64,000 nt of DNA from Eledone cirrhosa (lineage: Eukaryota): the NCBI GenBank assembly GCA_964016885.1, contig OZ024743.1, positions 32,116,001 to 32,180,000 of the forward strand. The letters run 5' to 3'. How positions within the stretch are numbered: the stretch's first letter is position 1; each line of letters starts with the position of its first letter. The position numbers and the translations under genes were made by a program. Below, piece after piece: positions 39,270 to 51,954 of this stretch. The notes below the pieces were generated by a model. The model was not told where the DNA came from. It searched no databases and worked only from the letters and a program-made list of their open reading frames with translations.

Positions 39270-42200
39270 GATAGCAACTAACAGTGCTGCGATCGAATGT
39301 GGCTTTTTAGCCCAGCCAATGATCTAAAATGTCTTGCACAGAGTCGGCAACCAAAACATTTACTGGGAATAGTCGGCTGTGGTTGGAGTTCGTGTACTTT
39401 TGCATGTCGCTTGAGTCCTCCTGCTGATTTACATTCTCTACCACATGTTTGGCAAGCATGATGAGTAGCATCTCCAACAGCAGCCTGGTAGTCAACCACT
39501 GGTCTTACTTTATGACTGCGAAGATGACTTTCGAGTCCAGCTTTGCTTAGGCAGAGTCTCGCACAGACGCTGCATGTCAGAAACATAGGAGGACCCTCGC
39601 CGTCTGGAAGTGCAACAGCAATACCCTTCCTCACGTCCCGCTTTACTTTCTCGTGTGCGATTCGAGATGCCTCAAAGGCAACTTTTCCCTCATATACAGT
39701 CTTTCTCCATTTATTACGATCAGCAGCAATATTTTCCCATGTATCAGCAGAGATGTTAGCGTCTTTCAGAGAGGCCTTCAAGGAATCCTTATACCTCTTT
39801 TTTGGTTTATGTGGCGGTCGTTTTCCTTTAACCAACTCTCCATAGAAGAGTTGTTTTGGTATTCTAGAATCCTTCATCCTGGCAAGGTGACCACTCCAAC
39901 GGAGTCGCTGCTTAAGCACAAGAGCTTCTATACTGTCACACATAGAGCTTTCCAAAATCTCGACATCACTGATGTGGTCCCTCCAGCGAACGCCATGTAT
40001 CCGTCTGAGACACATCTGATGGAAACGCTCCAATTGCTTAAGGTGGCGTCGATATGTGACCCAGGTCTCGCAGGCATAAAGAAGACAAGAGAGTACACAT
40101 GCCCTGTACACCTTTACCTTTGTCCTCCTGCATATGTCTCGCCGACCCCAGAGTCGCCTTTCTAGCTTTCCGAAAGCATCACTTGCTTTCCTAATCCTAA
40201 GTGAGATTTCACTGTCAAGGCTGCCGTATCGATTGACAGTGCTTCCCAGGTAGACAAACTGATCAACCACTCCAAGTCGTTTGCCATACACATAGATGTT
40301 TGGTTCAGTGTACTGCCTACCAGGTGCAGGTTGGTACATGACGACGGTTTTCTTGATACTGACAGTCAAACCCAGGGCAGTGCAAGCGTCAGAAAATACA
40401 TTCAAAATGTGCTGCATATCACTCTCTGTGTGCGCTACAAGATCGCAATCATCTGCATACAAGAGGTCTCTTATGACTGATGTAAATACTTTTGTCTTCG
40501 CAGCAAAGCGCCTGATGTTAAATATGCTGCCTGGGGTTCGATATCGGATGTAAACACCATGCTCGCAATTCCTGAATGCAATACAGAAAACCATTGCAAA
40601 GTATATGGCAAACAGGGTCGGTGCTGGAATATCCCCCTGTTTCACTCCATTTTTTACTGAGATAGGCTCCGACATGTTACCTCCGACATTAACCCAAGCC
40701 TTCATGTCGTCATGGAAAGACCTAACTAAAGCAAGGAACTTATCAGGGCAACCAAGTTTCTGGAGAACCTTCCATAATGCATCTCTGTTGACAGTATCGA
40801 AAGCCTTTGTCAGATCGACAAAAACCTGATACAGATCCAAGCCCTGTTCAATGCACTTCTCCTGGAGCTGTCTAGCTGAGAAGATCATATCAGTAGTGCC
40901 GCGTCCAACACGAAAACCAGATTGACTTTCAGGAAGGACACAATCTGCAATGTGTGTCAGCAGACGGTCCAGAAGCACCCTACATAAAACTTTCCCCACG
41001 ACAGAAAGCAATGATATACCTCTGTAGTTCCCACAATCATTCCTGTTACCCTTTCCCTTGTACAAGACCACCATTACTGCATCTCTCCAGTCCTCAGGCA
41101 CGGATTCATTAGCCCATATCCTTCCAAACAGAGAGTGAAGATGTTGCAGGAGTCTCTCACCACCATATTGTAGGAGCTCAGCATGTATGCCATCCATACC
41201 TGGAGATCTTCCACTGTTCAGCCTCGAAATAGCCACTGCAACCTCCACAAGTGTCGGAGGTTCTGCGAGAGCTACTTTCACAGGACTTTCCGGAATGAGA
41301 TTGAGGAAATCTTCACTGACGACAGACGGCTGATTCAAAAGATCATCAAAGTGCTCTCGCCACCTTCGTAGAATTCCCTGTGAGTCACGAAGAAGTTCTT
41401 TGCCATCCCTGCTGCGAATCGGTGTCACCAGAGAAGAAGACGGTCCATAAACCTCACGCAAGAGACTGTACAACAGCTTTGTGTTATTGCAATCAGACGC
41501 AGTTTGTATCTCACCAGCCTTCTCACTCCACCACTGATCCTTCATCTGAGAAAGACTCCGCCTAACACGTGATTTTACATCCCTGAGCTCCTCATGCAAC
41601 GTATTCCTCTCCCGTGGTTTTGCCGTCAAGTAGCGTGACAGAGCGCGCCTCTTATCAGCCAACAAGTCATCTATATGCACATCTTTCTCATTAAACCAGT
41701 CCTGATGTTTTCTCTGCACCAATCCCAGAACACGTCTGCCTACATCATAAACCGACTTTTTAAGGGTCGGCCAATCCTCACCAAGATCTGCAGCCTGCAT
41801 CTCTTCTTCCAATGTCCTCTTCACATTTTTATCCTTAAGACGAGCAGCATTCAATCTTTTGGGCAGGGTAACACCAGGAGCCCGGATTTTACGTTTGGTG
41901 ATTAGATTCACTTTTGCGCGTACCAGGCGGTGGTCCGTCCAGCACTCAGCTCCACGAAGAACACGAACACACCGCACATCCTGTCTGTCACGCATCCTGA
42001 CTAGGACGTAGTCCAAAAGATGCCATTCCTTAGATGCAGGATGCATCCATGTGGTCTTGAATTTGTTCTTTTGTTGGAACATGGTGTTGGTAACACACAG
42101 ATCCAGCTCCTCACACATCTGCAGCAAGAGCATACCATTGCTGTTACACTTTCCCACCCCATGCCTTCCGATTACATTCCATGTGTTAAAATCCCTACCC

Positions 42201-42864
42201 ACTCTAGCATTAAAGTCACCAAGCACGATGACTTTGTCTGCCTGAGGGATATTTCTTAAAACACCTTTCAAGGCATGGTAAAAGGACAGTTTTTCTTCAT
42301 CGACAGAATTCATAGTTGGAGCATACACACTCACCAGGGTAGCATATCTTCCCTTGTCCAGCGGAACTCTCATGGACATAAGACGCTCACTAATCCCCAC
42401 TGGGAATTCTTCTAATTTATTCACCAGTACAGTCTTAACAGCAAATCCTACCCCAGCCTCTCTTCTGGTTCCTTCATCTCTTCCTTTCCAGAAGAATGTA
42501 TATTCTCCACAAAATTCCGTAAGATGACCATCTCCAGCTAACCTCGTCTCAGACAAAGCCACGATGTCAAGATCGTAACGTCGAAGCTCCTTCGCAACAA
42601 GAGCGGTCCTTCGTTCAGGACGCTCCAAAGAATCCCTGTCAAGCAGCGTCCGTACGTTCCAGCAGCCAAGACTAAATGCCCTGTTTGGCTCTATTACAAT
42701 GGCACGATGACGGGCGGGCCCAGGTTGTGATAACTTGGGGCCCCTGCCCTTATTGCCAATGATCTTTTTTGTTCCAGAACCCAAATTGGCAATTATCTCG
42801 TTTACATTGTTCTGGAACATCATTGAATTGGAAAAAAAAAAAAAAAAAAAAAAAAGTAATAATA

Positions 42865-42899
<35 letters not shown>

Positions 42900-43202
42900 A
42901 CACTATTAATAATTATTAATGCACTCGTGCAATGCCTCTGCGTGACGAATATTTTTAAAGTGAGGAAAGACTGTGCACTGAACCAATCCCACTCTCTGAG
43001 CGACAGTAGCTATAACCCGAAAAGAAGAAAAGATCAACATCATCGGTAACTACTGAGCCGCAGGTTTTATATCGGAGTTAACCCAGTTTCCTGAGATGCC
43101 TTCTCCTAGAAGAATACCCTGACATGGGCTAGGGGTTCTTCACTCCCAGTGGTTTAACTGCGCGATCGGGCATCCAGCCCGATTATTTCTATGTCCCCGC
43201 GC
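38705..43202 (-). mobile_element. Near full-length RTE (BovB-like) non-LTR retrotransposon
   Basis: 5' UTR 42824-43202, single ORF, microsatellite-filled 3' UTR, conserved 3' end GTGCAATGGCCATACTCGATAACGAGGGGGCAGCC and (ATGT)n tail. Confidence 0.9.
39278..42823 (-). CDS. RTE LINE protein: APE endonuclease, reverse transcriptase and three C2H2 zinc fingers (1181 aa, uninterrupted)
   Basis: APE motifs CWNVRTL, LSETR, YAPT, GDFNAR, LDYVLV, TDHRLV. RT motifs GISLLS, QSGFR, FVDLTKAFD, GVKQGDIPAPTLF, YADD. Fingers CSVC..HLRSH, CQTC..HAKVH, CRLC..HIRSQH. Confidence 0.97.
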   Translation of the reverse strand: MMFQNNVNEIIANLGSGTKKIIGNKGRGPKLSQPGPARHRAIVIEPNRAFSLGCWNVRTLLDRDSLERPERRTALVAKELRRYDLDIVALSETRLAGDGHLTEFCGEYTFFWKGRDEGTRREAGVGFAVKTVLVNKLEEFPVGISERLMSMRVPLDKGRYATLVSVYAPTMNSVDEEKLSFYHALKGVLRNIPQADKVIVLGDFNARVGRDFNTWNVIGRHGVGKCNSNGMLLLQMCEELDLCVTNTMFQQKNKFKTTWMHPASKEWHLLDYVLVRMRDRQDVRCVRVLRGAECWTDHRLVRAKVNLITKRKIRAPGVTLPKRLNAARLKDKNVKRTLEEEMQAADLGEDWPTLKKSVYDVGRRVLGLVQRKHQDWFNEKDVHIDDLLADKRRALSRYLTAKPRERNTLHEELRDVKSRVRRSLSQMKDQWWSEKAGEIQTASDCNNTKLLYSLLREVYGPSSSLVTPIRSRDGKELLRDSQGILRRWREHFDDLLNQPSVVSEDFLNLIPESPVKVALAEPPTLVEVAVAISRLNSGRSPGMDGIHAELLQYGGERLLQHLHSLFGRIWANESVPEDWRDAVMVVLYKGKGNRNDCGNYRGISLLSVVGKVLCRVLLDRLLTHIADCVLPESQSGFRVGRGTTDMIFSARQLQEKCIEQGLDLYQVFVDLTKAFDTVNRDALWKVLQKLGCPDKFLALVRSFHDDMKAWVNVGGNMSEPISVKNGVKQGDIPAPTLFAIYFAMVFCIAFRNCEHGVYIRYRTPGSIFNIRRFAAKTKVFTSVIRDLLYADDCDLVAHTESDMQHILNVFSDACTALGLTVSIKKTVVMYQPAPGRQYTEPNIYVYGKRLGVVDQFVYLGSTVNRYGSLDSEISLRIRKASDAFGKLERRLWGRRDICRRTKVKVYRACVLSCLLYACETWVTYRRHLKQLERFHQMCLRRIHGVRWRDHISDVEILESSMCDSIEALVLKQRLRWSGHLARMKDSRIPKQLFYGELVKGKRPPHKPKKRYKDSLKASLKDANISADTWENIAADRNKWRKTVYEGKVAFEASRIAHEKVKRDVRKGIAVALPDGEGPPMFLTCSVCARLCLSKAGLESHLRSHKVRPVVDYQAAVGDATHHACQTCGRECKSAGGLKRHAKVHELQPQPTIPSKCFGCRLCARHFRSLAGLKSHIRSQHC

Positions 43203-43663
43203 AAAAAAAAAAAAAAAAAAAAAAAATTACTTATTGACACTTATACGTACGACATACACACACACGCATACATATGCGTGCACACAGCAACACTCACACA
43301 CACAACAAACACACACACACGCTACTCTACTCACTTACACGCACACACACACATATATATATATATATTACCGTCATTACTGATACAAGATTACCAGATT
43401 ATGTCAACTGTTGACTTTCAAGAGTTTGTATAGTTGAAGCCGATCGTATTACAGTCCAGTATTACTATAATTGCTTTACAGCATAGAGTTATGGCTCTCC
43501 ACGGAGTCAACAAAAGAGAGTACCAGTGATGCGCTGGCCAGTCGCTGGATCCGTGCCAAAAGCAGAAAAATTATTATTAAAGTTGTTCTTAAGGTCGCTG
43601 GTGATGGTGATGGCGACGGCGGTGGCGGTGGTGGTGGTGGTGGCAGTTGATGTTGTTGTTCTG

Positions 43664-43726
<63 letters not shown>

Positions 43727-44362
43727 GTTATTTTGAGTTTTTCTTTTTTTTCCTTTCATTTTTTTCTCCTTTTTTTTTTTTTTTTTTTCCCCTTCCCTTT
43801 TCTTTTTTCTTTTCCCTTCCTTTTTTTATGTTTTGATGCCGCTGTTGTTGTTGTTGTTGTAATTGTTGTAAATGTTCATTTCAGTTCATTCTGAAGCTGT
43901 TGTTGCTGTAAACATTAGTGCCGGTGTTGTTGTTGTTGTAGATGTTGGGGTTGAAATCTGGTTGTTTGACTGAGTGATGTATATACACACATATACATAC
44001 ACACACATATATATATATACATTCATCAGAGAGTAGAGAGTTTGACAACAGGTCGATGACTTTAGTCTCGATAGGGTATGGTATGGTAATGACATGTGAT
44101 GGTGGGGAGAGAGTGTAGACGTTATTGTGGTGGTGTGGACAGTGAGATGTATCTAGTTCATTTGACCGTTTTCTTCTCTTAGCAAAATTTGAATTCTAGC
44201 CATGTTATATTGAGATGTAAGTAAATGTAAAATATAAATAAGGATTGCTCTGCTAAAATATACTAAAATATTTGTGTAACTTCCACAAACTTCTGTCGTG
44301 ACATTCCCGAGTCCAGTAACCAACAAATTGTTGCATTTACATACATACATACATACATACAT

Positions 44363-45175
44363 GGATGAAAAACTGCATGCCTATCAGCAAAAAAATCATG
44401 CATGGATATGTTGCCAGGAAGCTCCAGAGTGAGAGTAATATAGATAAGGAAAGTAGTCTATCTTGGACCAACAACCGCTATATTGGCTCCCACTTTGAAG
44501 GATACGCTTTTGCAATCCAGGAACAGGAGATTAACACGAAATACTTGATTCACAAAAGAGATAGGGATGCAGGCAAAACACCTAGATGTGATAACAAGTG
44601 CAGACTCTGCATAACTAACATCGAGGATATGACCCATGTCATCTCCAGCTGTCCAAAGATGTCGTGGCGGTACTATCTACCTATGAGGCATGATGTAGTG
44701 GCCAAAACACTGTACAATGCAGTTCGTAAAAAAGATAGCCCCGATAATAAACACATTAAAAGACATCCATGTACATATTATGAAAGAGTACAGGTGGAAT
44801 CTTCCAGTAAAAACCCCAATAAAATGCAGGCATAACAGACCAGATATTATGATATGGGACAGGGAGAAGAAAGCATGCACAGTAGTGGAAATTAGCTGCC
44901 CAGCAGATGCCAATATAATATCAAAGATTAGTGAAAAGGAGAATATTTATGCAGAACTGATGAGAAATCTGCAGATACTGCACCCTGATTACACCTTCAG
45001 ATGTATGTCTGTGATTATTGGGGCACTGGGATATGTTAGTAACTGCCTCAATACAAATCTTGAGAAGCTGAGCTTCACAGGAACAGAAAGAACACAACTA
45101 GTTAGGAAATTACAAGTACAATCCATTAATGGAACAGTAAAAATATGTAAAACATTCCAAAAATGTTGCATCTAA
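44363..45175 (+). pseudogene. 5'-truncated R4/Dong-type LINE fragment (CCHC knuckle and restriction-like endonuclease), frameshifted
   Basis: AIQEQEINTKY, KCRLC..THVISSC, RHDVVAK, then HNRPDIMIWD..VVEISCP..KENIYAEL (PD-(D/E)xK RLE). Starts immediately after (CATA)n. Confidence 0.85.
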
Positions 45176-45450
45176 TAACTGCATATACACATGTACAGAT
45201 ACAAAACATATACACATGCACACATACAACTCAAAACATACACATCCACACATACAATAACATCCATATCTACACATGCATGTAGACATACATACATATC
45301 TACCTAGTTGATGTTGTGTAAATTCCAATGAGAGAGTCTTGTGTCTATGTTAGAAACGGACTCTCTCTCTCTATTGGTAAAACTTTGTGAAATTATAAAA
45401 CAAGAAGAACATACATATACATATACACACACACATACATACCCACATGC

Positions 45451-45560
45451 ATGGTGGCTGCCAACTCGTTTTCGAGTACGGCCACTACTTTATATCCATG
45501 TAGGAGAACCCCTACCGATGCGCTGAACGAATGTGACTTTTTAGTCCAGCCTGCGACTTG
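45451..45560 (-). mobile_element. Short 3' fragment of family 1 RTE-derived element
   Basis: ATGGTGGCTGCCAACTCGTTTTCGAGTACGGCC.. as at 23679. Confidence 0.8.
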
Positions 45561-45738
45561 CATACATACATACATACATAGATACATACATACACATATG
45601 CATGCATACACACATAGATACATATAAACATACACACATACATACACACATACATACATACATACATACATACATACATACATACATACATACATACATA
45701 CATACATACATACATACATACATACATACATACATACA

Positions 45739-48700
45739 TGCAAAACGTATCATTAGATGTAAATTGATACATCTAACGGAATTGAGTGATACTACAAATA
45801 CAGCACTTGTAGACAACCACCCCACCTCCACTGAAGAACAGCGAGAATTGTCAGCTAACTCTAGTAGTAATTGTCACCACATCAACAACGAGGCTGAAAT
45901 TCATGACTCTACTGAACAAACAGAACACCAAAAACTTGTGGACACCTTACAAGTGATATGGAACGATATGTTTCAAGAGATACACAGCCTTAATGTGAGT
46001 GACAGACCATACAACACCATAATCATTAAAGAACCCACTAAATTGGAATTGGAAGCGGTGAACGAAATAGCTGGCAGTTATCTGAAGGCTATACTATCTA
46101 AAGGTGTAGAAACGACATTTGAAACGCTTAATATTTTTTTATATGTTTCAGCTGTCACATTGCTATCATATAACACACATCTGAAACCACGCAATCAAGA
46201 TACAAACAGAAAGCCTGAACCAGCGTGGATGCGAAATTTAAAAAGCAAAATTTTGTCCCTGAGACGAAGTATCTCACACATCGCAGTCGTTATGAAATGC
46301 AACATAGAGAGCAACTTCACACGACACCAAGAAGACCTAAAAAAAGAGTTAGAGAGACGATTTGGAGATACAAAATTTAAAACTTTGAACTCCAAATTAC
46401 ACCAGTTGAAACAACAACTCACAGCTACAACAGAAAGATTAAAATATAAGTCAACAGCACATAAACGACAAGTGCTAAATAGATTGTTTGCCAGAGATCC
46501 TAAATCAGTTTATCGCAGCTTCGGTGGCAAAAGCTCAATCCCTGTAAATGACACCCCTTCAAAAGAACAGGTTGAGAGCTACTGGAGATCTGCATGGGAA
46601 ACGGATGACGGATTCAACAGACAAACTAATTGGCTAAAAGAACTGGAACACGACTACTGCCAACATGTCCAGACAAAACAATATGACATAGATGGGTCAA
46701 TACTGGAAACAGCTCTACAGAAAATGTCGAATAGGAAATCGCCAGGCCCAGTGAAGAATTTCACTTTCTATCGGCAAGATCTCATACGGCTGTTTACAGA
46801 AACCATTAAAGGCACACAAGAACTGTCCAGATGGTTATCAACTGCCACTGCTCTCCTCATTACCCAAAATAGCCAAACCACCCTTGCTAAAAATTACCGC
46901 CCAATAGCCTGCCAAAACATCATGTATAAATTATATACTGGGTGCCTTAACCTGTTCTTACAGGATCACTGTGCTACCAACAACATCATAACACCTGAGC
47001 AAGTTGGTGGAAAGAGGGAGGTGTGGGGTTGCATAGATCACCTACTAACTAGCAAAATGATTCAGGAAAAAACAACAAAGAATCGCAGAAACATGACTGT
47101 GGTGTGGCTGGACTATCAAAAAGCACTTGATAGTGTACCTCATGGGTGGATTATTAAGGCTTTACAGTTAGCCAAAGTCCCACAACCATTGGTAGCTGCT
47201 GTTGAACGCCTGACCAAGAACTGGTACACCAATTTGATCCTTAGAGGTGAGAAGGAGCAAGTTAAGACTGATAAGATACATTACCAGAAGGGCATCTTTC
47301 AGGGTGATAGCTTGTCAGTGCTACTCTTCGTTCTCTCACTGAATCCACTATCTTACCTACTCAGGAAACAAGGTGGACAAAGAAGTGGGTCCAGAAGTAT
47401 CTCCCATCTTTTCTTTGTTGATGACCTGAAGTTGTATGGGCGAAATATCAATGACATCAAGAAATAATTGGACCTCATTACACAATTTTCAACCGACATC
47501 AAAATGAAATTTGGTGAGTCCAAGTGTGCATATTTGGCAGTAAAACGTTGAAGAGCTGTGCCCTCCTCTAGAAATCTAGAGATGAACGGCTTGACAATAC
47601 AACCTCTACAGTCAGGTGACAACTACAGATATCTTGGACAGGATGAGAATGTCAGATATGATGGACCCATAAATAAGGAGAGAACCAGAACTGAATACCT
47701 GAGAAGTGTAAAGAAAATATGGTCATCAGAACTGTCAGCGTACAACAAATACATTGCCCACAATACTTATGCTGTGCCAATTCTAACGCCAACATTTGGC
47801 CTGCTGAACTGGTCATTGCAAGAACTAAGTGAGATGGATGTTAGAACTCGCAAACTTCTCAGTGTTACTGGGAACTTTAACATCAATGGTGATGTGGATA
47901 GGCTATACTTCTCACGCAAGGAAGGTGGCCGGGGTCTAAAATCAATATTAACAACATATGAGACCCGGATAGTAACACTGAAGCAACACCTTCAACAGAA
48001 GAAAAAGGTTGGCAACCATCTTGCCCAGGTTTATGAGCATGAAAAAAATATATCATTAGAATAGCGACTGATCTGGAGGAGAGATATGGAATAAAGCCTG
48101 ATATAAATCTCTCACCCAGAGAAATCGGAAGATCCTATTCAATGTTCAAACAAGATAAAAAAAATTGACCAATTTACAGAAAAAGTGGTGCATGGATACT
48201 TGAGACGTAAAACACAGACAATAGAGGGTATAAACCACTCAAAAAGCCTGGTATGGAGTTCCGACAAGTTTATGACATCACACCTTGAGGGATATCTCTA
48301 TGCAATACAGGAACAAGAACTCCCTACCAAATATCTGCTGCACAAAAGAGGAGGGCCAGCAGCTGACAATAAATGTAGGCTATGTAAAACAAAGATCGAG
48401 GATGTAAGCCACATTGTTGCCAGCTGCGAAAGAATGTCATCTCGCTACTACCTCCCCATGAGACACGATGGGATAGCTAGAACCATCTAGAACGCACTTC
48501 GGAAAACAAAATTAACAACAAACGAGGAAGAATATATTGAGACAGATGGCACTAAGGAATACTGGTGGAACCTGAAAATAAAAACTGCCACCAAATTAAA
48601 GCACAACCGGCCTGATATTGTTGTTTGGGACCACACATTGAAAACGTGTTCTGTTGTGGAGATCAGCTGCCCACTTGTGTAAACGTTGTCAGAAAAATAC

Positions 48701-49027
48701 AGGAGAAGGAGGACATCTACGGACCATTGATGAAGAGTTTACAAATCCAGTATCCAAGATACACCTTTAGCTTCATACCCATCATTATTGGAGCTACGGG
48801 TTATATACCAACCCGCTTGGACCAAAGTATGACTGAACTTGGATTTGCGAACAAAAAGCGCAGCTCCCTAATTCATAGTCTACAAATGGCTGCGATAGCT
48901 GGCACCTTCAAAATTTGCAAAACATTCTTGCGATTCAAGGGATGACAATTTCTTTTCTTTTACAACCTTGCCACCAGGAAGGTGGCCGGTCAAAAAAAAT
49001 ACACTCGAAATTAAGAGAAAGAGATAA
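45739..49027 (+). pseudogene. R4/Dong-type RLE non-LTR retrotransposon, disrupted (in-frame stops near 47467, 47550 and 48490; several frameshifts)
   Basis: RT motifs NYRPIAC, WLDYQKALDSVPH, GIFQGDSLSVLLF, ISHLFFVDDLKLY, YRYLG, RKEGGRGL. Knuckle KCRLC..SHIVASC. RLE HNRPDIVVWD. Flanked by (CATA)n on both sides. Confidence 0.9.
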
Positions 49028-49378
49028 CACATACATACACATGTATACATACACACATAGATACATATAAACATACACACATACATACACACATATATAC
49101 ATATATACATACAGACATCACATACATACATACAGACATATGTACATACATACATAAAAGTGTTGATGGGCCATTTTCAAAAGCAACCGTTGATAATGAT
49201 AGTAATCTCTATATTTATAATGTGTTGCCTCACATGACAAACTGTCCTATACTTAAAATTCTATATATATAGAAGTGAATAACTGTGTGTGTTGGGGTAG
49301 GCAATATAAATTTATGCATATCGATTCATATGAGAATTTATGTGTGTATGTGTGCATACTTGAACGTATACGTTAACG

Positions 49379-49379
<1 letters not shown>

Positions 49380-49409
<30 letters not shown>

Positions 49410-49494
49410 TCATTTATTTATATATTTATATATGTATATATTCATAAATACATACATATGTATGTGTGTGTGTGTATGTGCAGATATGTATGTA

Positions 49495-49547
<53 letters not shown>

Positions 49548-49550
49548 ATG

Positions 49551-49581
<31 letters not shown>

Positions 49582-49618
49582 ATATATATATATGTATGTA
49601 TATGTATATATATATATA

Positions 49619-49681
<63 letters not shown>

Positions 49682-49694
49682 GTATATATATATA

Positions 49695-49737
<43 letters not shown>

Positions 49738-49782
49738 ATATATATCTCTCAATACATACATATATATATATGCATGTATATA

Positions 49783-49840
<58 letters not shown>

Positions 49841-49874
49841 TGTATATGTAAACGTATGTGTGTGTTTGTGTATG

Positions 49875-49934
<60 letters not shown>

Positions 49935-50002
49935 AGGTATTTATGTAGATATATAATTGTACGTGTACGTGTTTGTAAGTGGTTGCGTTTATGTGTGTGT
50001 AA

Positions 50003-50053
<51 letters not shown>

Positions 50054-50060
50054 TATGTGT
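49380..50060. repeat. (TA)n/(TG)n compound microsatellite
   Basis: Low-complexity tract. Confidence 0.95.
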
Positions 50061-51583
50061 AAATATATACATATACATGTAGCTTAAATGTATCTAGAAA
50101 TGTAGCTAGGGCCTTCCTTCCGTTAATCAGTACTCACTGGCCCACTTCACACAGATATCACGAAATCTTCAACAAAAATAATCTTTTAGGCCAGACGTAA
50201 TTGTATGGGTAACATAGAATTACAAATCTTTAACCACAACCAAAACACTATAAATACCACACACACAACCTAAATATCAGAGATATGACTAGGTGCTCTT
50301 TAAATGGAAAGTGCCTGTCAAAGGAAACAGTCACATTAACAACAATAACCTTACATCTGTGTATAAATTGCCCTGTAGAAAGAAAGGGAAACTCGGTTGT
50401 GTAAAACAAAGGCAGTTTCTTAAGGATGATTTCTAGTAGAGTGGATGGTTTTAAAACTGGATATCTGTTCAAATTATCCAGAATTATTCCTCTTCAACGG
50501 GGAGTTGTTGACTATTTCATTAGTTTCTTCTCAAATCATTAGGAAGTTAGTTAGTTCTATGGACGAATAGCATACATATGCATTGTGTAGTGTTTAACAA
50601 TTCAGAAGTCTTTGGCTATTTTGTTTCTATGTGCTAGTGATTTTGTTTAGAAAATTAGGTATCAGAGGAGGTTCCATATTTTTTGAATTGTTATTGTTCC
50701 ATTGAGGGAAATTTATTTTTATGTGTAGTGCGGAATGCTTATTGTTTGTGCTTTTAAAGCAGTAATTCATCTATTCAATTATATTTTTAATTTAATAATT
50801 TATATATAAATAATTTAGTAGACCAAATTATACGATAATATAATCATACTAAAACGAGTCGATGAGAATGTCTCTTTTGTGATCACTCAACCTGCCAGAA
50901 ATAGCAACCAAATTTCACTGAAACACAACCCAACGTCGTATAAAGCGGAAATGCACATTGTATAAGGTTGTCCCTAGATACACTAAAGAGACAGAAAAAC
51001 GGCGGGGTCACAGTTGGGATGTAATAGGACTGCTGTATCAAATTCAACGCAATTTACGATTTACATTCATAATCATTTTTCGACTGTGGTAGCAGATGAC
51101 TACAGTCTTCCCCCACATATTGCAGCTTTCATAATCAATTGTAGTGCTGGGGTCGAATGATTTACCCTAGCCTTCGATGGGATTTGGATCCTTAAGTAGC
51201 ATAGCAAGGCATAGCATCTGACGCTGTAACAATCCTGCCAATCTACCATCATAGACTGATATTTTATATTATCGACTCCGAAATAATTGTTTCTACTTTT
51301 GGCACAAGGCCAGCAATTATCCCAGTGCATTACTGGTACTTTATTTTATCGACCCCGTAAGGATGAAAAGCAAAGTTATACTGAAAGTTGATCTGGGCGT
51401 GATTTGGAGTCAGAGAGCAGAAACCCAGAACAAATAACGCGAAATATGTTATCCTATATTCTACCAACCCTGCCATTTAGCCACCTTATATGACACTAAT
51501 TCTTAAAGTAGTACAAATAATATATTACAAAGATGTAAAATTTTAAATGTCATCTTCAATACAAACACCAAGTCTGCAAAGCA

Positions 51584-51954
51584 CAGGCCCATCAACCTCT
51601 AAAAATCCAAACGGAAGGTATCATGAAAAAAAAACGTGCCCCAAAATAAGGAGAAATGGGGCATAATGGGGAGATTTTATATAATTGTTTCTACTTTTGG
51701 CACAAGGCCAGCAATTATCCCAGTGTATTACTGGTACTTTATTTTATCGACGCCGTAAGGATGAAAGGCAAAGTTAACCTCGACGGGATTTGAACTCAGA
51801 CCATAAAGGGCTGTAACTCTTTGCTGCAATGCATGGCGTTCGACCCTCTACCGATACTGCCAATAATGAAAGCTATACCCATTTTCACAAGAGAAGACAT
51901 CTCTCAAAGTGCGTAGGAGATCTCCCTGTCGGACGGGGAGAGTTGACAAGTCTG
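51584..51954 (+). mobile_element. CAGACCTG-TIR MITE with a tRNA-SINE (about 51681-51862, minus) inserted in it
   Basis: MITE body breaks at GATTTTAT-ATAAT and resumes AT-AATGAAAGC after a complete SINE. Confidence 0.75.

Noticed and set aside
39543-42259. Plus-strand ORFs antisense to the RTE ORF
   Set aside because: Shadow ORFs of a GC-richer coding sequence; no motifs.
43482-43593. Apparent coding exon after TTTACAG (IELWLSTESTKE..)
   Set aside because: It is a diverged copy of the dominant SINE.
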